Origin: Saccostrea cucullata
Lineage: Eukaryota
NCBI RefSeq assembly: GCF_032062105.1
Contig: NW_026937128.1
Span: forward strand, 1 to 64,000
Length of the DNA: 64,000 bases
Direction: 5' to 3'
A program made the position numbers and the translations under genes. Each line of letters starts with the position of its first letter. Within the stretch, counting starts at the first letter, position 1. The notes beneath the pieces were generated by a model, which worked only from the letters and a program-made list of their open reading frames with translations, ran no database searches and was not told where the DNA came from. Of this stretch, positions 1-11,746 are shown piece by piece.

Positions 1-870
1 AGGTTGCAACCAAGGTAAGCGTTTTTAAAGGTAGGACAAACCAAGATCAAAGTCAAAGTGTTAAAAGTGTTGATATCAATTGAAAGGTATTCTCGCATTG
101 ACTACATAAGTGAAGTTTTAAAGACCTAAATCTTACAATTCAAATGTTATGGCCAGGTAAAGTTTTCTTTTTAATACGGAAATATCTAAGGTCAAAAGGT
201 CAAAATTATTGGTTTAAACAAAAAGCTCTTGTCACAAAGAATTGATATTTGAAATATGAAACTCCTAGCATCTACCGTTGAAAAATTATGGCCAAAGTAA
301 AAGTTTGTTTTTTTAGTAAAAATGTGTCAAACTCCAAGGTCATGGTCAAAGGGTTAAGATTTTAATATCACATCAAAGTTCTTGCCACAAGGATTTATCA
401 GGTGAACTATGAAAGCCCCATGCCTTAACGTTCAAAAGTTATGACCAAGGTCAAAGTTTTTTGACAAGTACTAAAATCTCCAAGGTCAAAGTTGTTGGTA
501 TCCAATGAAAGGTCTCTTTAAAAATATATACATGTAAATATATATATATATGGTGTACACTGTTGGAAAGATATTGCCAAAGTAAAAGCTTGGAATTTTA
601 GTGTTAAACTGGGTCAAACTCCTAGGTCAAGGTCAAAAGGTCACGTGATGTGGTACCATAAGAAAGGAATACACATGTGATAGTCATGCCACTAAATCAA
701 AACAGTCAAAGTTTTTACGGACAAACAGACAGACAGACAAAGACACAAAAAGAGAGACAGACAGGTAGACAGACAGACGGGCGGACACGACAAAAACTAT
801 ATACACCCCAATGAAAGGTCTCTTTAAAAATATATACATCCCCCGAAACTTCTTTCAGTGGGGCATAAAA
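1..870 (+). mobile_element. Helentron-type non-autonomous element (HINE-like) with internal AAGGTCAAGGTCA-rich degenerate tandem repeats; left end outside the window
   Basis: Recurrent ggtcaaggtcaaa motifs, (GACA)n microsatellite at ~719-790, then terminal CCCC...GGGG hairpin and A tract (841-870); this layout is typical of bivalve HINE elements. Confidence 0.6.
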
Positions 871-913
871 ATATTTTAATGACCAAATTGTATATGGTCG
901 GGTTATTTGATAC

Positions 914-1397
914 CAGGGAACTATATACTAAGGGGATAGGCAACTCCTTCATCGCCATGTTTATTTACCCAAAACATCACACACAACACTACAAGTTTTT
1001 CAAACGACGTTTATTCCCAGTAAACAGGTTTTTTTTCTGATAAATATCATTCATTCCTTTTATGTATAGGAATAGATTTATTGATAAATTTTGAAGCAAA
1101 ATAATTATATAATCGAAATATAAAGAAAACAAACACCGAAATCTGCGATTTCTTTGAAATCGGGGCATGTGCTGATTTTGCTTAAAACAAAATTACTACT
1201 AAGATAGGGAGTATAATACGTGCTAAAACAAATCTTGAATGATTTTTTGACAGATAATTTAAGGATTTTAACTCAAATATGCATAAGCTTTAGAAATATA
1301 CATGTAATTAATTAAAGTGGCCTTACGAAATCTTGCGACTTACGAGATATTGCGAGACTTGCGGTAGTTGCCTATCCCGTTAGTATATAGGTCCCTA
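914..1397. mobile_element. Non-autonomous TIR element (MITE), P- or hAT-like
   Basis: ~32-bp TIRs cagggaactatatactaaggggataggcaact / agttgcctatcccgttagtatataggtcccta; flanks ttgatac and gtgatac (6/7 match, putative TSD). Confidence 0.75.
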
Positions 1398-1463
1398 GTG
1401 ATACGTAGATTATTTAAATACATGGACTTCAACAATTATCCATAATATGTTTTGTTTAATTAC

Positions 1464-2523
1464 CTGGATGTATGCGGTTTATGCGGTTTACGCCTTAAAA
1501 CCTCCCATATCTATCCCCATACCAGACCAGAAGCTCTTCACCCGGCTCTACGTCTCGTGACGTCATATAAAAGATGATGCCCTTGCACTTGATAGGAATG
1601 ACATTTTCCTGTGTATATTTGGCGGGAGAATTTACGAATCGTAACCAGTTACTGCAGGCTGGATCTTCTGCATCTATGTTGTAGCTACCATCGGTACCCT
1701 GCTTATCTACCTTTGAAAACAATAAGATCCTAATTGTTAAGAATTAATTTTGGTTCAAAATGTTTTATATATTTTATCTTGAAGACAATAAGATCCACAT
1801 TGATCAAAATAACTTTAAAGTAATGAATATTTAGGGATTAAAAGATCCTAAAAAATAAAACATTGTGAGAGTGTTGTATTAGCAATGCTAGTCCCCTACC
1901 GGCAAGTGTAATCTGGTGCCCTCTAAAATTGAAAATTTTATAAGAAATCATTGAAGTAGAAAAAAAAATGAAAATTTTTCTATAACTCATCAAGGTAAAG
2001 CAACATACACCAGAAATACTTTCAACGTCTGCAAGCGTTTAGATAAAAGGCAGGAAATCACTGAAGGTTATAAAAATGAAAACTTGATCAGCAACTTATC
2101 CATTCATAAATCAGCTAAAAATTTGCCAGGGTTTACATGTAGAAGAAAAAGTGTACATAACCATGTTGAAGAGACAGAGGGACAGCTAGACGGACAGGCG
2201 GACAGGCGTGGAACGAAAACAGAGGAATCCTTTAGTCATCTGGTTTCACCGGCAGGGAACTAGAAAGATGTAACTAAATATGTAACTTCATTTCGTTTTC
2301 ATTTTGTTTTATTCTCTATGTGATTTTCCTGCCATGAATAAAAGTCCTCCTTCTTGTCTACCGTGTGAATAAGTCCTTCATAAACACCGAGGATCGTGAA
2401 CTTCGGAACAAAGGTCTCTGCCCATGCGCCCATCCCCGCTCCCGGAAGTGACGAAGATTTAATGGCAAATCCTGGTGGCGTGGTCAGATTAGCTCTCTGG
2501 TGTGGCAGGGAACCTAGAGGAAT
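1464..2523 (-). pseudogene. PR/SET-domain methyltransferase (PRDM7/9-like), two exons (2523-2329, 1710-1464), apparently inactivated
   Basis: Motifs IKSSSLPGAGMGAW, GVYEG, IDAED..SNWLRFVNS, IFY...RDVEPGEELLVWYG..Y. In-frame TAA at 1495-1497 before the exon's GT donor (1463). The upstream exon donor reads CAG|GA instead of CAG|GT (2328-2327). Confidence 0.8.
1862..2262 (+). mobile_element. Degenerate HINE-like element in the intron of the SET pseudogene
   Basis: tagtcccctaccgg near the 5' end, its inverted copy ccggcagggaacta at the 3' end, and a (GGACA)n tract at ~2173-2207. Confidence 0.5.
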
Positions 2524-3203
2524 CTTACATGTACAAGATAATGTCAAGGACGCGTAATCTTATGTATAATCTTAAATTAACTGCCAGTATGTCATTTATA
2601 TTATGACAAAGTCAGTGAAATTCTACTGACAGGAAATTAAATGGTAGAGGTCTAGCTTTAAGGAAGCTGTAAACACTGCACACAAAAGAGTTCCTAATGC
2701 CTCCCATCAGTGACCTGTGATCTACGGACCAGTTTAGTGGATTTTGTGTGATTTGTTAAAGTATTGTCTGCATAGATATTTAAAATATGATATTATTGGC
2801 AATTGTATCATGTATAAGGTGAAAAATCTAAACAATGCGCTTTTAATTTTACTGTATATACCTTATTATTAGGAATGTGTTCATATATAGAACTTTTTAC
2901 ACCATGCTTAATGAAATCTCCACAAATTGGGAAGAGAAAGAAAAAAATTTTAAAATTGTCCTTACCTTGCATTCATAGTATTTTTACAAGATATAAAATG
3001 TATTTCAAACTTCGTTTTTTGACAATATCAAGACTACGTGTATTGTTAAAAACAATATCTTTTTTTGTATAACAAAGGTTTAAAGTGTCTATCCAAGATT
3101 TTTACTTTTACTGATCAAGTGTGTATCTGCTCATATATAATTATCATTTAATACGTGCCAGATATTATACCTGAGGCTTTCTTACATAAGAGACATGGAC
3201 TTT

Positions 3204-3633
3204 ATTTAAGAAATGGGATATCATTTTTAGAGTTTCATTGGGGTATGATATGAAGTCGGTCACGTGATCAAATTCTATAACGCCCGTAGGAGTTATGGTA
3301 GATTTGATCACGTACCGACTTAATGTCATAACCTATTAAGAATCTAAAGAATGATATTTTATTTCTTATATTTATATTTTACGTTTTCATTCATGTTAAA
3401 AAGAAATATAGGCATTATATATACCTTGATTTTGAAATGCAACGTAAAGTATCTACGACGTCAAGTGACGCCATAGTCAGAACTTTCCAAATAGCTCGTG
3501 CATTAAGCTTTCCATACGCAAGAATGTCTGATCATGTGACCAACTGCATGTAATTGAAAATTGAATTTCAATTTTATTAGCATTTTTATACAACTGTATA
3601 AGGAAAGAAATCAGCAAATGTAAATATAAATAT
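3204..3633 (+). mobile_element. Hairpin-plus-tail non-autonomous element (Crypton-like palindromic repeat)
   Basis: Imperfect palindrome 3207-3368, immediately followed by tatttatatttttac whose inverted copy gtaaatataaata ends the element at ~3632. Confidence 0.55.
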
Positions 3634-3965
3634 ATATAGGATCTTCCATGATTTGTAGTTGGATATGATTTTTATCCAACGAGTTGTGTGATTTTTATCC
3701 CCGAGCCTTGGCGAGGGGATAAAAACACACAACGAGTTGGATAAAAATCATATCTAACTACAAATCATGGGAGATTCTTTTTATTCCATGTTTAATGCTT
3801 CACAACCGATGTTATACACTGTTTTATATAGCACGCCACTTTATTTTACTTCATCACGCTAACGCAAAAACCATTGTGACGTCATAACTGCACGTAAGTT
3901 TTGGATATGAAAAATTTATCAAATGGGTCATATACACGGGATAAAGGGGTAAACATGGGATAAAT
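3634..3965 (+). mobile_element. Hairpin-plus-tail non-autonomous element (Crypton-like palindromic repeat)
   Basis: Near-perfect palindrome 3638-3778 centred on cgagccttggcgag, then tttattccatgttta, inverted at 3950-3964 (taaacatgggataaa). Confidence 0.65.
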
Positions 3966-4489
3966 ATGTATATCTGATGTCTCAATTCAAAAGAAATGCC
4001 TTTTATCTTATGCATCCTTTATATGAGAAACAAGCTCTTAATCTGAAATATAGTTATATGAAATATATTATTTGAAAAATAAGCTTAATATTTCAAAGAT
4101 ATACAAATGTTTAATACAATCTATTATTCTCAGGAAATTAAGATTTACTACCATCATTCGGTTTAAAAAATGTTTTAAATTTCCGAAAACTTCACACTCA
4201 AGTTTGCACCTATTCAAGAGAAAAAGAAGTTGGGATATTAAAAAAATAATTGTCATACGACAAAAATAAAACGACTAATGGTAAAACACTAACCACTTTC
4301 GAATGAGGGCATTCTGCAAATAAGGAACTATTTAAGCTTTTTAATTTACGAAAACAAGACAGGAAAGGAAGAGCTGCTCCAAAAGAAAACTACCTCATTG
4401 ATTTTTTTTAAACAAGGTTCGAAGATAATGAAAATATGAGATTGTACTAGTAAACACGCGCAAGTTCATACAAGTTAGACAATTTGATA

Positions 4490-4750
4490 GAGTTCCTATT
4501 AATGTAAAAGAGTTTCTGTTAATGTAATGAAGTGTCTGTTAACGTAACAGAGTTCCTGTTCATGTAATAGAGTCTCTGTCAGTGTTATAGAATTTAGAGT
4601 TTCTGTTAATGTAATAGAGTTCATTTTTATGTAATAGAGTTCTTGTAAATGTGATAGAGGTTCTGTTTAAGTAATAAAGTTGAAAGATTCTATTAATGAA
4701 ACCGAGTCTGTGTAATAGAATATACTAGAGTTACTATTAATGTAATTGAG
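4490..4750. repeat. Degenerate ~20-bp tandem repeat (gttaatgtaatagagttcct)
   Basis: About a dozen diverged copies visible. Confidence 0.7.
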
Positions 4751-7700
4751 TTATCAGACACTAATAAAACAGGAGCCCTAATAAGTGTTTTTAATCGATC
4801 AATGAAATACCTCGCCTACTCCAAATATTAATTAAACACATTAAAAAACCAACTCTGACAAGCACAACATTCTGGAATTAACATCCACTAGAGGGTTTTT
4901 TTATATACTTTAAGCAAAACTAAAGAGCTGTTTTCAGTGTAAATATGTGTAAGTAGTGTACCACAAAAATAACAAATTATAGGTTGGATGCATAATAATT
5001 AAGATTTCAGTTAACAAGATGGAGTAAAAGGGGTCGTAAAACGGAGCCAGGACACTATGCTTAAACGGAAACATGTTTTTCTTATGACAAATTAGTAAAG
5101 TAATTTTCAAAAAGTATCATTTACAAGCTAAAATCTAGTATATTAAGTTTCTTCAACAAGATATATATAAAAATGATTCATTCTATTCTATATAAAATGA
5201 TTTTCAACGATGAAGCTAAAATATCCTACGGTTTTGACAATGAAAAAACTTAATGTATTATTAATATCAAGAGTCTTTCAGAAAAGGTGTAAATAATATT
5301 TTTTTTATATACGGTCTCCAGTATAGGTGAATAAGTCTATGCATGGCCTAACGAAATTGAGCATGATGTCACGGTAAAACTGTACAGACGAACCTAGGCG
5401 AATAGATAATTATTTTCTTTCATACACTTATACAAAAGTAATTTCTCATTAATATTATAAACAAAAATATGAATATGTAGCTTATCTTTGTATTATAACA
5501 CAATTTAAATGTAGAATTAAAGCCATCTTGATCTCGCTGAACTGACTGAGATGCCGTCATATACTAGTCTGACATGCCATTTCTCTGTACTTAAAATAAA
5601 GATCAAGCAATTATTGAAGCTTGTAATTATGAAAATCAAAATAACATAAGCGTGATCTGACTAAACGTGAGTCACATTTTTTAATGCATTTATCAATATT
5701 TTACAGTAATTACAGTTAAACTGAAAACGAATAGGTCTCAGATAAAGCAGCTGTACTGCATATTTATACATAAACAAACTACAATCACAGGGACAATCCC
5801 TCGATAACGTTCAACGATATCCGGTTAACAATACATTATGGCTTTTTAGACACATGTAGCTATTGTTCCTACTATTCAGAAAAATGGTGGAAGCCATTTG
5901 TATTCTGAAGTTTTTTTTCCGTAGATTTCCTTTTTTTCAATATAGACAATGTTAAGGAACGAGGCTTAGCAACAGACGACTAAAATTTATAGCGAGCGCA
6001 GCGAGCCTCGCGAAGCGACGCTCGTCACTGCGAGCTCTTAAAGCAACGCCTGTGCGAAGAGAAAATTCGGACTGCTGCACATTCATTCGATAGAATTTTT
6101 TGATGCCGTAATTTCGACCCACAATGCATCACTTGTTTTAGCTACGTTCCCGCGAGAATAACAGCAAATGTTCAACAAAAAGTTTACTCGCCTTTACTTT
6201 ATGGATATATATTTAATATATATAGAAAACGAAACGTTCTTCATTAACTTTCAGCACTTTTCAAGCTTTTTCTTGGTATATTGCAACTTACATACGACGT
6301 CATGTGACGTCAGAGTCTAAACGCACCAAATGTCACGTGCGGTTTGACGAGCCCGATCTAAATCAAAACAACAAAAGAGTTTGCGCTCGCTCTAACGGTC
6401 ATACCGTCAACATATTATAATTCACGAGCGTGGAATTATTGTTCTCATCAATCTTCGCATTCAGGAATTTTTTTAATGAAAAAAAAAATGTCAATTTTAT
6501 AGTAAACATTCATCAGTATATCGTTGAATGTTTACGATCGTCGTAGCGGTTTTTTCCTTCTAATATTAAATATGTAAGGTGATAAATAGTTGATATGATT
6601 GAAATTGCATTGTTCAAATTCAGTAGGGATTCTATTCATACATATGCTTTTAAATTAAAACTTGTGTTAATTAAAATTATATTTACATATTTAATACAGT
6701 TTTTGTAGGAATATTTTAAGACGTGTGGGCAATTCTAACCTAGCTGAGTGTTTTCTGCAGATAACGTTCCAAGCTGTAGGAGATAGTTTAAGGAAGAAAT
6801 GAATCTTTTGCATGGCAGTATGAAAACAAATAAAAAAAGAAGACTTTAAACCAAATACACATGTCCGTTTTAATACATCTACAGTAATTCTTTTTTAGAG
6901 AAATGAGATAGATTGGAGGAGGGAGAAAGAGTTCACTACAAAAACAAAATGTCTGGTATTTCTCAAAAGCTCACAATTCATGAAAGACTTACAGGTGAAT
7001 TTTTATCTTGGATTCATTAATTATAAAATAAACATGCTCATTGTAAGAAGTTTTATTGTCACAAAATTGCCTAATGTTGTTTTTTATTCCCTTATTCTCC
7101 AGAGTTCAAATTGCAATAATATAAGTGATTCTCAACATGAAAACAATCTAGTCTATGCTTTTGTATAAAAAACATGAACACAGAACCATCTCATCTGCTT
7201 CCTCTCTGTAATGTGAAGATACCTGATTTTATGAGTCATTGTATATAAGAGAAATGACAAAATACCATTTTCTGCTTTATTTAAATTTCTTTGATTGCTT
7301 GCAAATTGCACACGATCATGAATTGCATTTATACATGAATAAAGTAAATCTAGAGCGAAATATTCGTATATAGAATTGACCAAAAAAAAATGGAATATTT
7401 TATCTCAGATATAATAGATTAGGCAATGATTTGAATAAAACTGTGTGCCTTTTTTCTTAAGGGGAAGAAAACAATAATCAGCAATGATCAGATTTTATAA
7501 ATGTTTATGAATGATCCACCAAAGCTCTATCTCATAAAATTTGTGTCAAAATCTTCCCTGACTCTGACTCAAGTTAGGTTAATTGTTAACATGAGATTTC
7601 TTAATAGTCAATTTAGGAAATTATTTTTTTTTTCTCATTTCCCAATTACAGGTGATTGAACATGGCATCTGGAGACATATAATACATCAAGATGGTTTCG

Positions 7701-8726
7701 ATTTAATTAAGTTGCATTCCACCCAATGGCGAGACAAATGTAGAGTAACTAATATTTCTCCTCTCATGCACATAGGAAAGGTGCTTTCAACCTGGAAGAC
7801 ATATAATATTTTCCCGATGGACTGCATGAAAAGCAATTAAAATGAGTGAATCATTTAAAAAAAAAATAAAAATTTTAAAGTCTGAGAATTTGGGTCGATT
7901 TAATTCGGTTGCATTCATCTCAGGGACTTCATTTTTTGATTGCTCTTTGTAAGATATTTTGAGCAGAAAGAAAGAAACAGATGGTTTACAATGGAAACTT
8001 AAGAACGTTTATTGACAAAACGTGCAATCCATTTTTTAAACATTTGATGCTAATTACGGAAATTCTGTTTCAAAATCTAGACAACATCGTGATATTGTAA
8101 AGCATTCACTTTTAGAGCTATTGGATATATAATCAGGTATAGGGAGGGATGCTGTTCATCAACTGTTCTGAAGATGTAAGACATGATGCAATATCTCTAC
8201 ACTTACCTGATTGTGAGAATTAACTTTGACTTAACTTTTTCTTTTCTAGTCTATTTCTCTACGCATATCCTTTGAATGTAAAGCAGTTTTTGAATCCGAG
8301 TTTTATGCACAAGTTATGATAACATTGTAGACAGAAGCCTTAAAATGTGTTTATTGATATTCTGAAGAATTACTTCTTTTGCGTTTCACAGTTAACATTT
8401 TGCGTTTGAATTAGACCCGCACATTTATGAAACATAACATTGCAGCTGTGCAAAATTATGCCTTTAAACCCAATTGTTGCTATTCTTTTTGTCGTTAACT
8501 TGTTTGTCAATAATTTGCCTTGTTAGAAATTGTTTAGATAAGAAGGATTGGATAGACCAGACATATGCATTTGCAAATAACAGAAATCCAATTTATCAAA
8601 TTCATAATATATTAAAGAATATAAAATCTGTATTCATCTTCTCAGGAAAATTAAAAAGCTCATTTTTTCGCTTTTAAGCGTTTGAATTGTTCTTAAATTA
8701 TCCGTAACGGAAAGCAGTCATAATTA

Positions 8727-8977
8727 CGAGGGGTGATCAAAAAGTTAGCGAACTAATTGAAAAATTTCTTTAAAAGAAATGAGATATGATATCAGTGTTG
8801 AAAGCTTTTAAAGGAGTCCTCTTCGATTTTAATGCGCATCTTTAACTATTCTGCCAATGCGCGGATTACATGATAAAGGGGTTCTTGCTGCTTTTGCTTA
8901 GAGGGTCCAGATTTAATTCCTTTTTACATTGCTCCGTAAAGCTAACGTATGTTTGAACACTTTTGCTTAACGCCTGG
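8727..8977. mobile_element. Old mariner-type MITE
   Basis: TA+CGAGGGGTGATCAAAAAGT left end (mariner-like TIR); degenerate right TIR acttttgcttaacgcctgg+TA (15/21 match including TA). Confidence 0.5.
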
Positions 8978-9429
8978 TACTATTATGAATCAAAATTTAG
9001 TTTTAGGTCGATTATTATTCGGTAAAGCGTTAACTAATACAGATAGAAATTATATTTAAAATATATATATATTTGATATATTTTTGAAAAGTTAATTTCA
9101 GTTCTCTAGCGTCAATTGATTTGGTTAAAGAATTACTCCATTTTCTATAACATAACTTGCCTACGTCACAAAGAATAACGTCTAACACGTATTACTTCAC
9201 TGAACGTTGCTTTTAAAATATGCAAAATTTCAAGCCCCTTCCCGGAGGATAAATTATCTTCATGTCTACATTGAAATTAAATTCTAAGGAATGAAGTATA
9301 TTTCAAGCTATGCCATACGATGTAAACTAATTAGTGGCAAGCTTTTTAAACTCTTTTATAAGCCTCTTCGCATCCCGGTTTATAATGCATAAACTGTATC
9401 ACTTTAGATTTTATGTGAATGTTTAAATC

Positions 9430-11746
9430 TTAAGATCTGTATTTGTATGACTTTATCTTTAGATCTAAATGTGTATGTTTATATCTTTAGATCTATATGT
9501 GTATGTTTATATCTTTAGATCTATATGTGTATGTTTATATCTTTAGATCAATATGTGTATGTTTATATCTTTAAATATATAGGTATGTTTATTAGTATTC
9601 TTTAGATCTATATGTGTATGTTTATATCTTTAGATCTAAATGTGTATGTTTATATCTTTAGATCTATGTGTGTCTGTTTATATCTTTAGATCTATATGTG
9701 TATGTTTATATCTTTAGATCTATATGTGTATGTTCATATCTTTAGATCTATGTATGTATGTATATATATTTAGATCTATATGTGTATGTTTTTATCTTTT
9801 CATCTATGTGTGTATGTTTATTTCTTTAGATCAATATATGTGTTTATATCTTTAGATCTATATGTGTATGTTTATATCTTCAGATCTATATGTGTATGTT
9901 TATATCTTTAGATCTATATGTATATGTTTATATCTTTAGATCTATATGTGTATGTTTATATCTTTAGATCAATAAGTGTATGTTTATATCTTTAGATCTA
10001 TATGTGTATGTTTATATCTTTAGATCAATAAGTGTATGTTTATATCTTTAGATCTATATGTGTATGTTTACCTCTTTAGATCAATATATGTATGTTTATA
10101 TCTTTAGACGCGTGGTGACAAGGTTTCGTGTGTTATGGAAATTTATATAAGGAAAAATACACGGAATGTAAATATATGTGTATGTTTATATCTTTAGATC
10201 TATGTGTGTCTGTTTATATCTTTAGACCTATATAGGTATGTTTACTTAGTATATCTTAAGATCTATATGTGTATGTTTATATCTTTAGATCTAAATGTGT
10301 ATGTTTATATCTTTAGATCTATGTGTGTCTGTTTATATCTTTAGATCTATATGTGTATGTTTATATCTTTAGATCTATATGTGTATGTTTTTATCTTTAG
10401 ATCTATGTATGTATGTATATATATATTTAGATCTATATGTGTATGTTTATATCTTTAGATCTATGTGTGTTTGTTTATATCTTTAGATCTATATCTGTGA
10501 GTTTATATCTTTAGATCTATATGTGTATGTTTATATCTTTAGATCTATATGTGTATGTTTATATCTTTAGATCTATATGTGTATGTTTATATCTTTAGAT
10601 CTATATGTGTATGTTTATATCTTTAGATCAATAAGTGTATGTTTATATCTTTAGAACTATGCGTGTATGTTTATATCTTTAGATCTATATGTGTATGTTT
10701 ATATCTTTAGATCAATATGTGTATGTTTTTTTTAATCTTTAGATCTATATGTGTATGTTTATATCTTTAGATATATGTGTGTATGTTTATATCATTTGAT
10801 ATATATGTGTATGTTTATATCTTTAGATCTATATGTGTATGTTTGTATCTTTAGATCTATATGTGTATGTTTGTATCTTTAGATCAATATATGTGTTTAT
10901 ATCTTTAGATCTATATGTGTATGTTTATATCTTTAGATATATATGTGTATGTTTATTTCCTCAGATCTACATGTGTATATTTATATCTTTAGATCTATAT
11001 GTGTATGTTTATATCTTTAGATCTATATGTGTATGTTTTTATCTTAAGATCTATTTAAGCATTGAATTCATATTTTTGACTGTCTTTGGTCCTATAACAC
11101 ATCTGGCCGTGCCGAAAAATTGGATACCGCGCGTTAGCGCGGTATGATAAATCTCTCGGCACGGCCAGGTGTGTTATAGGACCGAAGACAGCCAAAAATA
11201 TGAATTTAATGCTTACATTTACATTCTCTAATTTTCCTACTTCATAATTGCTTATTTCGTTAATCTTTAATGTGTATTTAACGCCCTTCAAAATGACGCG
11301 GTTATTAGACGTAAGAGCCGTTTCTGGTGTTTGTGAAGTCAGATGACGTTGCAAAGTTAAATAACGCAAACAAACATTGCGAGGAAAAAAAGTGACAAAT
11401 TAATTTTAAGCTCACATTTGTAGTATTTTTACGTTAATTTAACAGGATTATAGTTTTTAATTAAATTGAGTCAAAATATTGTACATTTTGGTGTTCCCAG
11501 ATTATATAAAATGCATATAGTTTCTACTGTGTATTCTAACGCGCGGTGACAAGGTTTCGCGTGTGTTATGGAAATTTGAATGTCGTGGATTTCTAATGAA
11601 TTTCATAAGGAAAAATACACGGAATGTAAATATATGTGTATGTTTATATCTTTAGATCTATGTGTGTATGTTTATATCTTTAGATCTATATGTGTATGTT
11701 TATATCTTTAGATCTGTATTTGTATGTTTATATCTTTAGATCTACA
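9430..11746. repeat. 28-bp minisatellite (agatctatatgtgtatgtttatatcttt)n, interrupted at 11053-11632
   Basis: Clear 28-bp periodicity over dozens of copies. Confidence 0.97.
11053..11632 (+). mobile_element. Hairpin-plus-tail non-autonomous element inserted into the 28-bp minisatellite
   Basis: Palindrome 11056-11215 (apex ataccgcgc-gtta-gcgcggtat), then atttacattc, inverted at 11622-11631; satellite phase resumes on both sides. Confidence 0.75.

Noticed and set aside
5950-6411. GC-rich gcgagc-repeat segment, possible TGT..ACA element or Helitron end
   Set aside because: Probably a repeat, but I could not establish TIRs, TSD or family
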